This document shows, in pieces, positions 11,601 through 20,612 of a stretch of DNA of 64,000 nucleotides. The notes beneath the pieces were generated by a model. The model searched no databases. It worked only from the letters and a program-made list of their open reading frames with translations, and was not told the DNA's origin. Position 1 is the first letter of the stretch; each line of letters opens with the position of its first letter. A program made the translations under genes and the position numbers. Location of the stretch: positions 1,664,001-1,728,000 of the forward strand of contig CAXXLZ010000001.1 of the NCBI GenBank assembly GCA_963675595.2, in the 5' to 3' direction. Source of the DNA: Thermodesulfobacteriota bacterium. GTDB lineage: Bacteria; Desulfobacterota; Desulfarculia; JACQYL01.

Positions 11601-12493
11601 TGGTGAGTAATACACCACTCCCAGCCTTCCACCATGTCCGAAAGGAAGGCGCTGCCCGCACTGCCGTAGGATATTTTCACGGCGTACAGTTTGGCTTCAT
11701 GAGCCACCCCACCCACGTAGTCTCCGTAAGTACCGGGGTCGCCGGCCGCGATGCCGGCGCAGCACGTACCATGACCTTGCTGATCCATGGGATCGTCGTC
11801 ATTGTCCCCGCAGTCGTGTCCTCCGATTACGTTGCCGTTGGGAAACCCGCCTCCTCCGAGTCTCGGGTGGGTATAGTCGATACCCGTGTCGCAGATGGCG
11901 ATGGACAGGCCGGCGCCGCCGTGGGAGGCGCTGATTTCGGACGCGGCCATGAGCGGAATCCCCTGGTTCAGATGGGCTTCCAGCACGGCGTCCTCCTCCA
12001 CGGAGGACACCCCGGGATGATCGAGAAGCTTTTGCAGCCCTTGGAGGGTCACTTCCGCCGAAAATCCCAACTGGTAGTTGAACTCATTGGTAATGCGAAT
12101 CGCTTTTGAATCCAGCCCCTCGGTCACACGCCGCACTCTCCGTTTCACCGCTTCCCGAATCGAAGCGCGGACTTCCGCCTTTTTGAGGTTCGCCGCCCGC
12201 TGAAACCCCATGGGAGTTTCCAGGTTAACGATGACCCTGACGGTATCGTCTCCCTGATCGAAACCCCGGAGTACGTTTTCGGAAAACGCCATTTTGGGAT
12301 GAGTTCTCAGAGACCGGAGAATGGATGCTTCATAAACACCCGGCCTTTTGTCCTCCGTCGCCCCGGCGTGGAACGGAAGGAAGATCAATAGGAGGAAGGC
12401 CGTAAGCTCAAGGAGAGCCGGGACCGACAGCGGTGTCCGCCCTGCGGATGTCTGAAGGGTGGCGTCTTCGTGCTTCATGACTGTGCTCGACAT
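8606..12493 (-). CDS. Secreted S8 (subtilase) serine protease with FN3-like, PPC-like and Ig-like C-terminal domains
   Basis: Triad motifs AICDTG, GHGTCCAG, GTSAACP; SSGNDG oxyanion Asn; four YPE..C...W....GA..Y.L.R repeats; two D.YL.LL...DD.GG...N.RI repeats. Confidence 0.92.
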   Translation of the reverse strand: MSSTVMKHEDATLQTSAGRTPLSVPALLELTAFLLLIFLPFHAGATEDKRPGVYEASILRSLRTHPKMAFSENVLRGFDQGDDTVRVIVNLETPMGFQRAANLKKAEVRASIREAVKRRVRRVTEGLDSKAIRITNEFNYQLGFSAEVTLQGLQKLLDHPGVSSVEEDAVLEAHLNQGIPLMAASEISASHGGAGLSIAICDTGIDYTHPRLGGGGFPNGNVIGGHDCGDNDDDPMDQQGHGTCCAGIAAGDPGTYGDYVGGVAHEAKLYAVKISYGSAGSAFLSDMVEGWEWCITHQNDDPDHPILIISTSFGGGRFYGTCDYASSSMTAAAANANAAGITVFASSGNDGYCDSMGWPACISHVISVGAVYDSSFGTYFPCVSSGSCVSKIETSGCSTGYFAIDVAAPDRVTSYSNTASFLDIFAPSNKAYTLDIVGSGGYRSGDYYSGFGGTSAACPYAAGAAASLQSFAKAATGEFLSAQQVRTLLTEGGDPIEDLKVAVTKPRVNLQAAAALLGDAPETLEYPELNCDGAFSITWSSVSEASAYQLQRATDASFSDAVEIYNGPDLFFDVTGMVQPGDYYFRVRADFGGAYSPWKEGHGMRVGSPDATEFLIYPEGNCEGNFEFSWLPVEGATGYLLERASAPEFSDPIQVYDGPLTGYTEAQLSPGSYYYRVSAYNACGNGSRTAGNEVTVGAEPAAPSSLQYPEDACAEPFTVSWPSLEGATSYELQRATDGTFIDAAVLYSGAETSYLIEGSEPGPHYFRVRAFNDCGSGEWFTGHELSVGTAPPAPQVPEYPEITCEESFSVSWSSVEDAGSYELQRSDNDAFSDAVTVYAGPELRFLETGLEGGYYYYRIRAVNDCGESPWTEGHVLELEEICGGPCLRPMEPGDSFQGYWTTECPATHRPLGYARYFQFTLSEYTRLEIDLTSEQDTYLYLLAGEGTDGAVVEEDDNGGEGTNSRITRLLPPGSYTVEASTYDGGVTGDLALSLVVLDSSLSECVSEFAPGQSTEGTWSPQCPSIHREGAYARYYTFTIDEAAEVRADLGSAVDSYLMLLYGAGPYGDVVAEDNDGGEGSNARITAAVPAGTYTLEATTYGVSSEGDFEIALSLICNDPIIESFTVTPESVIEGQVSQLQWSIVGAGTASISHGIGDVAPDSGQASVTPAETTLYTLSAGNACGTVQAEALLTVVPCSEPEAAYFYASPRRVGEEGMSRLYWSLSGADEVSIEPFVGTVDPGTGYVDVSPVVSTVYTLTGTNQCGEVHVEASVIVGPPQRAIERLLGTLLGILEE

Positions 12494-12835
12494 TGCTTGT
12501 TGCGGATGAAAGAATGAAATACACTATAATACAATAGGCCTATGCCGCTTCTTTTTCAACCCTAATTGTTCCATCGGATCTCCCATGGCATCAGGAAGCG
12601 AAGCGTGGTCGAGCGACTATGCCGGCAAGGCTGAAAGGCCCACGAAGCGCCTAGTCCGGGAAAGACATTGCGCGGTAAGGGCCATGAAGGTAAACTTGTC
12701 CGCGGATATTGAGAATGCACATTACGAAAGTTGCGTTCAACTGGACGAAGCCGTCTCATATCAATCAACCGGGGACCCCTGGTTCCTCTGGAGGGGGAAT
12801 TGCGCTCGCATCGACAGAACGTGGGAACGCCGGCC

Positions 12836-14569
12836 GTGAGCCAAGAAGTCTACTCTGAAGATCCCGCCGACTTCTTTTACATGAAGGTCAACGTGCCCTG
12901 CCAGTCGGCCTGTCCCGCCCTGACCAATGTGCCGGCCTATATAAGAGCTCTTTTTGAGGACGATCCCGACGGTTCTTATGAAATCAATCGCTCGGCCAAC
13001 ATTCTGCCCGGCGTCCTGGGTAGAATCTGTTCAAGACCTTGCGAGGACCAATGCAGGCATGGTGAACCGGAATTGGGCGAACCTGTGGGTATCTGCCATC
13101 TCAAACGCGTAGCGGCCGATCGGAGGTCACGGAAGGAATCGGCGCCCGCCAAGCTGCCCTATTCGGGAAAGAGAGTGGCCGTAGTGGGTGCCGGACCGGC
13201 CGGTTTGGCCGCATCCCATGATTTGGCCACGGTAGGATTCGAAGTGACGCTGTTCGACGCCTTCCCCGAACCGGGGGGGATGCTGACCTACGGCATTCCC
13301 GCCTTCCGTCTACCCAGAAGCATGCTCCGGGAGGAAATAGAACGGATTCTCGATCTCGGAATCATCCTGAAGGCCGGGGTCACCATCGGGAAAGATATAC
13401 CGATGGAACGACTTCTGTCGGAGTATGACGCGGTCCTTGCGACTTTGGGATGTTACGGTTCTCGGCGAGTCGGAGTGCCGGGTGAAGACCTTCCCGGAGT
13501 GATTTCCGGGCTGGAATTCATGATGGACGTTTCCCGGGGCAGGCCGCCGCGTTTGGGCAAAAAAAGCCTGGTTTTGGGAGCGGGATTTACGGCTTTCGAC
13601 TGCGCCCGATCGGCTCTCCGTCTGGGAACCGATGAGGCGTCCATTTGTATCCGCCGTACGGAAGAGGATTTCAAGGTCACCAAGGACGAAGTCTTTCAGG
13701 CGAAATTGGAGGGCGTTAAGATTCTCCCCCTTCTTGTGTCTCAAAGAATTCTCGGCGACACGGCCGTGGAGGGAGTCGAGTTCGTCCGGACACGCCCCGG
13801 AGCCCCCGGCCCGGACGGCCGCCGATCCTTTGAACCCATTGAAGGGAGCGAATTCGTCATTCCGGCGGATACGGTCCTGGTCGCCGTGGGACAAGAGTCA
13901 CTATCCCTGGAAGCGCCCGGAGAGAGAGACTCCAAAGGCCTGCCCGTGGTGGACCGGGAAACCTTTCGGGGCACCGTGCCCGGCTTATATTTCGCCGGAG
14001 ACTATGTGACGGGTCCCGGCACCGTGATCGGAGCCATCGCCGCCGGACGAGCCGCCGCCGAAAGGATCGCCCGGGACCTCACAGGCAACATATTCCGCCG
14101 CAAGTCGATACGCATGAGGGAAGCGTCCATCACTGATCGAAACCGCACGTGGGACTATATTCATAGGAATGAGATGCCCACGGTGAACCCCCCGGAATCA
14201 CGTCTCGTCCATTACGAAACCGAAGTGGAAACCGGGCTCAGACCGGATCAGGCCGCCGAGGAGTCCAAACGATGCTATCTCTGCTATCTGCACTACGAAA
14301 TCGATATGACTCGCTGCATCTATTGCAGGTACTGCATTGATTCGGCTCCGAGAGACTGCATCAAACTGGTGGATGAGGTTCTCCTGAACGAAGCGGGTGC
14401 CGTGGCCGGTTTCAAGGAGACCACGGTGTGGCGGGACGTCAACGCCGTGGTCATCGACAACTCCCGATGTATTCGGTGCGGGGAATGTGTTCGGGTGTGT
14501 CCGGTAGACTGTATTTCCGTCACCCGGGTGGAGCTCGTGGAAAGAATGGGCGAGGAGGCGGCACGATGA
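12836..14569 (+). CDS. GltD/NfnB-like FAD/NAD(P)-dependent oxidoreductase with C-terminal ferredoxin domain
   Basis: N-terminal PCQSACP...GRICSRPCEDQC Fe-S domain, VVGAGPAGL, YGIPAFRLP, GAGFTAFD, AGDYVTGP, C-terminal CIRCGECVRVCP; start (GTG) uncertain. Confidence 0.88.
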   Translation: MSQEVYSEDPADFFYMKVNVPCQSACPALTNVPAYIRALFEDDPDGSYEINRSANILPGVLGRICSRPCEDQCRHGEPELGEPVGICHLKRVAADRRSRKESAPAKLPYSGKRVAVVGAGPAGLAASHDLATVGFEVTLFDAFPEPGGMLTYGIPAFRLPRSMLREEIERILDLGIILKAGVTIGKDIPMERLLSEYDAVLATLGCYGSRRVGVPGEDLPGVISGLEFMMDVSRGRPPRLGKKSLVLGAGFTAFDCARSALRLGTDEASICIRRTEEDFKVTKDEVFQAKLEGVKILPLLVSQRILGDTAVEGVEFVRTRPGAPGPDGRRSFEPIEGSEFVIPADTVLVAVGQESLSLEAPGERDSKGLPVVDRETFRGTVPGLYFAGDYVTGPGTVIGAIAAGRAAAERIARDLTGNIFRRKSIRMREASITDRNRTWDYIHRNEMPTVNPPESRLVHYETEVETGLRPDQAAEESKRCYLCYLHYEIDMTRCIYCRYCIDSAPRDCIKLVDEVLLNEAGAVAGFKETTVWRDVNAVVIDNSRCIRCGECVRVCPVDCISVTRVELVERMGEEAAR

Positions 14570-15582
14570 AAGAGGAGCACTATGTCGTAGTGGGCAACGG
14601 CCCGGCCGGCAACGAGGCCGCGACGACCTTGAGGGACAAGGCCCCCTCGGCCCGGATCACGCTCATCGGACGCGAACATCGGATGTGCTACCGGCCGAAA
14701 CTCCTTCCTGCATATCTGTCGGGCACCATCGAAGAGGAAGGTCTGTACGCCCTCCCCCTGGAACACTATCAAGAGAAAGACATCAAGCTTCGTTTGGGGC
14801 AACGCGTCGTCGGATTGATTCCTGATCGTAAGGAACTGGTGCTGGATCACAAAGAGATCGTGCCCTTTACCGGCTTGATTCTGGCCGTCGGCGGAACACC
14901 GCGCATCCCTGAAAACCTGCATATTTTCAGAGAACTCATGTTCACATTGAAGACGGTATCCGACGCCAAGAGGTGGATGAAGCACCTCCGAGAAGTCGAG
15001 CATGTCCTCATGATCGGAGGAGACCTGACCTCCTTCGCCGTGACGCAGGCTCTCCTCGACATGGGAAAGCGGGTTGCCTTCGTTCTCAATGAAGAATCCT
15101 TTCGGCCGTTGCGCAGTTCTCCGGAGATATACGAAGAGGCGGCTCACGTGCTTAAGGCCCGGGGAGTGGAGGTTATCGAGGGGCGTCGGGTCCGGGGCAT
15201 GTCCAGACTGGGTCAAGATTCCATTGAGGTGATGGTGGAGGATAAGCGGATCAGTACGCAGATGGTGGGCGCGTTTTTCGGCCTCGTGCCCGACGTCGGA
15301 TTCCTGGTGCGCTCCGGCCTGCACATCGAGAGCGGCGTTCTGGTCGACGAAACCCTGCACACGGGTTCTGAGGGCATTTACGCGGCCGGGGATTGCGCCC
15401 AGGTCTATCATCCCGCTCTCCGGGATTACTGGGTTTCCATCGGTCACGACAACGCCGCGAATTTGGGAAGAATCGCAGCGCAAAATCTTCTCGGCGAGCA
15501 GATCGAAGTTCGGGTCCCGGCGGAGAGTATTTTCCAGGTGGACGGAATCAAAGTGAACACCTCGTGGTGGAAGGAGTTCTGA
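14566..15582 (+). CDS. FAD-dependent pyridine nucleotide-disulfide oxidoreductase family protein (rubredoxin reductase/NirB-N-like)
   Basis: VVVGNGPAG, LAVGG, IYAAGDCA; ATGA overlap with upstream gene; gaggagg RBS. Confidence 0.85.
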   Translation: MKEEHYVVVGNGPAGNEAATTLRDKAPSARITLIGREHRMCYRPKLLPAYLSGTIEEEGLYALPLEHYQEKDIKLRLGQRVVGLIPDRKELVLDHKEIVPFTGLILAVGGTPRIPENLHIFRELMFTLKTVSDAKRWMKHLREVEHVLMIGGDLTSFAVTQALLDMGKRVAFVLNEESFRPLRSSPEIYEEAAHVLKARGVEVIEGRRVRGMSRLGQDSIEVMVEDKRISTQMVGAFFGLVPDVGFLVRSGLHIESGVLVDETLHTGSEGIYAAGDCAQVYHPALRDYWVSIGHDNAANLGRIAAQNLLGEQIEVRVPAESIFQVDGIKVNTSWWKEF

Positions 15583-15583
15583 C

Positions 15584-17359
15584 ATGCCCAGGCTGGATAT
15601 TACCGTCGAAATCTGCGGCATGGCCGGAGATGGAACCATCGCCGCCGGAGGCCTGCTCAACGAAGCCGTATCCCTGGGAGGGCTGTTTGTCCTGGCCTTT
15701 GATTCGTACCCGGCTGAAATTCGAGGCTTCGGACGGTGTGTCACCAGGGCCAGAATCGGGGAAACGCCCAGAATCGCCCTTGAAGAGCCGACCCATGTTC
15801 TCATTTCTCTGGACGACGAGCAGTCGTTGTCCAGGGTTCCTTCTCTGGCGAGCAACTCCGTGGTGTTCTTCGATAATCGCCCACCCTCCTACATACCGGA
15901 AGCTCGTTCCCTAGCGGCTCACTTAGGTCATCCCACAATCCTATACGGCATGCCCATGGCGGATCTCGCCGCCGGGGCCGCGGGCACGACTCGTGGGAAA
16001 AACCTCACGGCGCTGGGCGGCTTCGCCGCCGTCTTCGGGATTCCCCCCGTTTTGTTTCAACGGGTCATCAGTAAGAAGTTTCAATCCAAGGGCGACAAAG
16101 TTCTTGAAGCCAACCTCAAGAGCTTCGACGCAGGTTACGAGTATGCTCAAAAGGAATTTTCGGAAAGGCTGAGCGCGCCCTTTCCATTTCCCGAGGCCGC
16201 ATCCGAAGGGGAAACCGTTCTGACTTCGGGGAACCAAGCCATCGGGCAGGGGGCGCTCGACGCGGGCCTGCAGCTCTATTTCGGTTATCCCATCACTCCG
16301 GCGACCCCCATCATGGAATTTCTGGCACAGACCCTCCCGGCACAAGGCGGGAGAGTCACCCAAATGGAAGACGAGATATCCTCCATCGGTGCGGTATTGG
16401 GTGCCTGCTTCGCAGGCAGGCGGGCCATGACCGCCACCTCCGGTCCCGGATTTGCCTTGATGACCGAGTTGATCACTCATGGAGTCATGTCGGAGACGCC
16501 GGCCGTGATCGTTAACGCCCAGCGCGGAGGCCCATCCACGGGCCTGCCCACCAAGACGGAACAGTCGGACCTGCATGCCGCGGTCTTCGGAGGGCCGGGA
16601 GATTCCGGCAGAATCGTCGTCGCGCCTACGAGTGTGGCCGAGTGTTATTCGTACACGCTGAAAAGCTTTCAGTGGGCGGAGCGTTACCAGATTCCGGTGA
16701 TCGTGTTGACCGATTTCTATCTGGACAATCGAGTTGAGAGCATCAGCCCGCTCAAACCGGACGCCGATGCAGCCGAGGACCGAACTCTCCTTCCGGATCC
16801 GGACGCCAAAGGACCTTATGAACGATTCAAAATCACGGAATCCGGGATCTCTCCCAGGGCTTTTCCCGGCATGGAGGGATTTGTCTTCAAAGCCACCGGG
16901 CTCGAACACACGGAAGCCGGACTTCCCAGCTACACTCCCGAAAACCACACCAAGATGTCCGAAAAAAGGCATCGGAAGCTTCTTTCCGCTCTGGCGGACC
17001 TTCCCGAGCCCGAGGAGTTCGGCCCCGAAGGTTCCCTCGATGTGGGAGTGATCGGTTGGGGCTCCACCTTCGGGTCCGTACTCGAAGCCGTGGAATCGGC
17101 TCTGGAACGCGGCCTTAAGGCGGGCGCCCTGAAAGTGACCTCCCTGTTCCCCTACCATGCAAATCACATCAGGCGCTTCATGCATCGTTGCCGTGCAGTC
17201 CTGGTGCCGGAACTCAATTTCGAGGGTCAGCTTGCCGACCTTATCGGTCATTTGCACCACCGGGACGTAGTTCGTCTCAATCGCGTCACCGGCCAACCCA
17301 TCCCCCCCACAGCGATTTTGAAGCGAATTGAGGAACTGATTGGAGCGGAGGCGGAATGA
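15584..17359 (+). CDS. korA: 2-oxoacid:ferredoxin oxidoreductase alpha subunit (gamma-alpha fusion)
   Basis: GMAGDG, YPAEIRG, GYPITP, QMEDE, TATSGPG, QRGGPSTGLPTK. Confidence 0.9.
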   Translation: MPRLDITVEICGMAGDGTIAAGGLLNEAVSLGGLFVLAFDSYPAEIRGFGRCVTRARIGETPRIALEEPTHVLISLDDEQSLSRVPSLASNSVVFFDNRPPSYIPEARSLAAHLGHPTILYGMPMADLAAGAAGTTRGKNLTALGGFAAVFGIPPVLFQRVISKKFQSKGDKVLEANLKSFDAGYEYAQKEFSERLSAPFPFPEAASEGETVLTSGNQAIGQGALDAGLQLYFGYPITPATPIMEFLAQTLPAQGGRVTQMEDEISSIGAVLGACFAGRRAMTATSGPGFALMTELITHGVMSETPAVIVNAQRGGPSTGLPTKTEQSDLHAAVFGGPGDSGRIVVAPTSVAECYSYTLKSFQWAERYQIPVIVLTDFYLDNRVESISPLKPDADAAEDRTLLPDPDAKGPYERFKITESGISPRAFPGMEGFVFKATGLEHTEAGLPSYTPENHTKMSEKRHRKLLSALADLPEPEEFGPEGSLDVGVIGWGSTFGSVLEAVESALERGLKAGALKVTSLFPYHANHIRRFMHRCRAVLVPELNFEGQLADLIGHLHHRDVVRLNRVTGQPIPPTAILKRIEELIGAEAE

Positions 17360-18159
17360 AGACTCCCGGAAAAATCCTTGCCAAACAGGTCAAACGAATC
17401 AAGGAATCTCAGGTTTTCTCGGCCAGATCCACTGAATTGCCCACTTGGTGCCCCGGTTGCGGATACTTCGGGATCCACGCCGGCATCAACTCGGCATTGG
17501 CCGGACTGGCCGTACCGCATCATCAGGTCGTGGTGGTTTCCGGCATCGGGTGCGCCGGTCGCTATCCTTTTTTCACGGACGCGTACGGCCTGCACACCAC
17601 CCACGGAAGAGCCTTGCCGGTGGCCACGGGAGTCAAATACGCCAACCCGGAGTTGACCGTATTCGCCGTGGGGGGCGACGGAGATGGGTTGGGCATCGGC
17701 GGAGCCCATTTTCCCCACGCCGCCCGGCGAGACGTGGACATCAACTACGTTTTGTTCGACAATTCCATCTATGGGTTGACCAAAGGCCAACCATCCCCGA
17801 GCAGCCCCGTCGGATTTAAAAGCAAGGCTTCACCCGGAGGCTCCATCGACCGACCTCTCAACGCCACGTTGATGGCGTTGTCCAACGGAGCCGGCTTCGT
17901 GGCACGTTTATTCGCCGGGAACCCGGACATGATCGCCGAAATGATCACGCTCGGGGTTCGTCACAAAGGCTTCTCTTTTTTCCACGTGTTCTCGTCCTGC
18001 GTCACGTTCGACAAGCAATACAAGACCTGGAAAAACCTGAAAGAATGGGTTCACCCTCTTCCCGAAGACCACAATCCCAACGACTACAAAGGCGCCATCG
18101 ACCAAGTGCTGTCGGACGATTTCAGCATGGGACTTATCTACCGGAAGGAAGATTCCTGA
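17356..18159 (+). CDS. korB: 2-oxoacid:ferredoxin oxidoreductase beta subunit
   Basis: TWCPGCG, SGIGC, HGR, GGDGD TPP motif, YGLTKGQ.SP. Confidence 0.9.
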   Translation: MKTPGKILAKQVKRIKESQVFSARSTELPTWCPGCGYFGIHAGINSALAGLAVPHHQVVVVSGIGCAGRYPFFTDAYGLHTTHGRALPVATGVKYANPELTVFAVGGDGDGLGIGGAHFPHAARRDVDINYVLFDNSIYGLTKGQPSPSSPVGFKSKASPGGSIDRPLNATLMALSNGAGFVARLFAGNPDMIAEMITLGVRHKGFSFFHVFSSCVTFDKQYKTWKNLKEWVHPLPEDHNPNDYKGAIDQVLSDDFSMGLIYRKEDS

Positions 18160-18181
18160 CCACCCGATGAGGACGGACCCC

Positions 18182-18649
18182 ATGAGAAAGCACCTCTGTT
18201 GTCTTCTTGGCACCGCATTCTTGGCATTGTGTCTCGCCTTCAGTGCAGCGGCCGGCGAAAAGGCGACCAAGGAAGAGTGCGAGGCCAAGGTGAAAGAGGT
18301 GGCCGCCATCATCCGCATGAAGGGGTTGGAGAAGGGAATCAACGCAATCAAAGAAGCGGGAGGACCTTTTGTCTGGAAAGACTCCTACGTATTCCTTTCG
18401 GACGACAAAGGCGTGATCCTGGCCCATCCGGTGAAACCCAAATTGGAGACACAGAACCTATTGGGCTTGAGGGACGTCAACGGCAAGAGGTTTGTGGCCG
18501 AGTATGTGAATGTGGCCAACTCCAAAGGCGAAGGTTGGGTGGAATACATGTGGCCCGTCCAGGGCTCAAGGACTCCGGGCCACAAAATGGCTTTCGTGTA
18601 TAAGGTACCGGGTACGAATATTCTGGCCGTTGCCGAGATTATGGAATAA
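18182..18649 (+). CDS. Stand-alone periplasmic single Cache domain protein
   Basis: Signal peptide; F..KDSYVF, AHP, DVNGKRF, GEGWVEYMWP. Confidence 0.85.
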   Translation: MRKHLCCLLGTAFLALCLAFSAAAGEKATKEECEAKVKEVAAIIRMKGLEKGINAIKEAGGPFVWKDSYVFLSDDKGVILAHPVKPKLETQNLLGLRDVNGKRFVAEYVNVANSKGEGWVEYMWPVQGSRTPGHKMAFVYKVPGTNILAVAEIME

Positions 18650-18736
18650 ACACTTCCCTGTTTCATCCAAATACAAAAAATCGCCGTTGGTCCCCCGGCC
18701 GTTTCATCGGAACATCACGACGAACAGTCTTTCGTT

Positions 18737-19576
18737 TTATTCCATCTCTTCGAGACGCTGCTTGACGTATTCCGCCCATTCACTGGATGGGTCCAGGGAA
18801 AGGTAGATCTCCCAGTGTTTCTTCGCGTCGGCCCCTTCCCCCAGCTTCTCGAAAGCCCGCCCCAGGTTGAAATGAGCATCCGCGAAGTCGGGATCCTGAT
18901 GTACGGTCTTCAGATAAAACAGCACTGCGTCTTCCAGCCTATCCTTCTCATCCAGGATGTTCGCCAGATTATAGTTGGCTTCCACATGGTCGGGATCCGA
19001 TCTCAAGGCCTTTCGGTAATACTCCTCGGCCTCGTCTACTTGACCGGCCCGATATTTCAGATTCCCCATGTTGACCAAAGCGTCGCTGTGTTTGGGATCG
19101 GCCAGCAGCGCCAGCTCGTATCTCTTTTCAGCACCTCCCCAGTCTTCTTCGCTTTCGAGTTTCAGGCCCTCCACGAATAGAGTTTCGATGGAGTCCAGCA
19201 GGGAGGGGACCGTTTGCCTGCGCGGGCCTTCGAAATCCATGAGCAGTTGTCCTTCGGGAGTGAGCCGTAGGTGACGAATTTGTACGACCAGGGCCTTGCC
19301 CTGCGCGGTAATGCGCAACTCCATGAAGGGATGGGCAATATCCGGAAATCGTTCGCGAAGCATCTCGGAGAGTTTCCGAACCTGACGAGGGGAAAGGCCG
19401 CTGCGAATCAGTTTCCCCAAGGATCGGAAAGCGACCACGCCTTTGAAGTCGAAAAGCACCCGATTCCCCTCCGTCGCAACAAGGGGGATGAGTCCGGCTT
19501 TTCTCCAGTAGCGCACCTGGACGGCCGATAGCCCACTCAGACGCGCCACTTCATGCTGATCGTACAGACTTTTCAA
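18737..19576 (-). CDS. MerR-type HTH plus tetratricopeptide repeat protein
   Basis: EVARLSGLSAVQVRYWRKAGLI HTH; TPRs (ALVNMG, ANYNLA, AHFNLG); YLSLDPSSEWA tail. Confidence 0.82.
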   Translation of the reverse strand: MKSLYDQHEVARLSGLSAVQVRYWRKAGLIPLVATEGNRVLFDFKGVVAFRSLGKLIRSGLSPRQVRKLSEMLRERFPDIAHPFMELRITAQGKALVVQIRHLRLTPEGQLLMDFEGPRRQTVPSLLDSIETLFVEGLKLESEEDWGGAEKRYELALLADPKHSDALVNMGNLKYRAGQVDEAEEYYRKALRSDPDHVEANYNLANILDEKDRLEDAVLFYLKTVHQDPDFADAHFNLGRAFEKLGEGADAKKHWEIYLSLDPSSEWAEYVKQRLEEME

Positions 19577-19694
19577 ATGAAACCCTTGCCTGTGCGGTGC
19601 ATAAGGGGGCCGGTGTCCCCCTTCCGACCCGCACCATCCGGTTTCTTCGGATTCGAAATCGGCCGCCGGGACGCGTGAGCCCCGCTTGGAGCCG

Positions 19695-20165
19695 TCAGGC
19701 GGGCAGTTCCACGATTTCGAAAGTGAAGGTTTTACCCGCGACCTTCATCAGGGCGACCGATATGGGCAAACGGAATCTCCTCGGACCGGCGCTTCCCGGA
19801 TTCAGGTACCACACGCCCTTGGTCCACTGGACGGCGGGCATATGAGAATGTCCGCTGATCACTACCGAAAACCCCGCGGCGGATGGGTCCAAATCCAGTT
19901 TCGCTCTCTCATGCAATACATAGAAGAAGACATCCCCCACCTGCACAACCCGCGTTTCCGGCAGATGATCATGAACCCGAAGCTCCACATCCGTGTTGCC
20001 TCGTACTGCGGCCACCGGCGCCATACGCTCGATTTCCCGCAGTACTGGAGCACTCCCCACGTCGCCCGCGTGGATTATCAGTTCCGCGTCACGAAAGACT
20101 TCCGGAACCTCCGGTCTCAGCAACCCATGCGTATCCGAAATGATCCCCACAATATGTTCCGCCAC
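19695..20165 (-). CDS. YfcE/MJ0936-like metallophosphoesterase
   Basis: ISDTH, HAGD, GNTD, GHSH, NPGS; GTG start after ggagggag. Confidence 0.9.
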   Translation of the reverse strand: MAEHIVGIISDTHGLLRPEVPEVFRDAELIIHAGDVGSAPVLREIERMAPVAAVRGNTDVELRVHDHLPETRVVQVGDVFFYVLHERAKLDLDPSAAGFSVVISGHSHMPAVQWTKGVWYLNPGSAGPRRFRLPISVALMKVAGKTFTFEIVELPA

Positions 20166-20525
20166 TTGTATCCGGACTCCCTCCGATCCTTCCGAATTTC
20201 CAATTCTCATCCAGGCCCCGTTGCACGCCCCTTCCCGAATTCCAAGGAAGCATACCCCATTTGGCCGTCAAGTGACCACTGTTTGTTTAGATCGAGTTGG
20301 GCGGGTGTACGGAGCCTGCGGATTCGCGCGGCCGCCGAATTCCCGACCCTTCCTGGAGAGGGTCCTGAATATCCGGAAACCCGAGCCTCCTCGATCAGTG
20401 CCGGATTCGGAAGGACAAAACTCGGGAAGAGATTTTGAACGGCGACCAAAGGAAGGAGGATCGTATCGGTCCGTTCGACATCAGCCGGCACGAGCCCTAT
20501 GTGCCGTTCCTGTGTGGCGTCGGTG

Positions 20526-20566
20526 CAAAAAAAGAACCCGGCCTCTTCATCAAAAAGGCCGGGCCC
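20526..20566 (-). terminator. Rho-independent terminator after the FGE-domain gene
   Basis: Minus strand cccggcct...aggccggg stem followed by ttcttttttt. Confidence 0.75.
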
Positions 20567-20612
20567 CAAGGAGGTCCGAAGGAGGATATGGAATCTCGCC
20601 CGGTTCGACCCA

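Noticed and set aside
12836-14569. Glutamate synthase small subunit or DsrL assignment
   Set aside because: No gltB or dsr genes nearby and the C-terminal Cys pattern differs; left at family level
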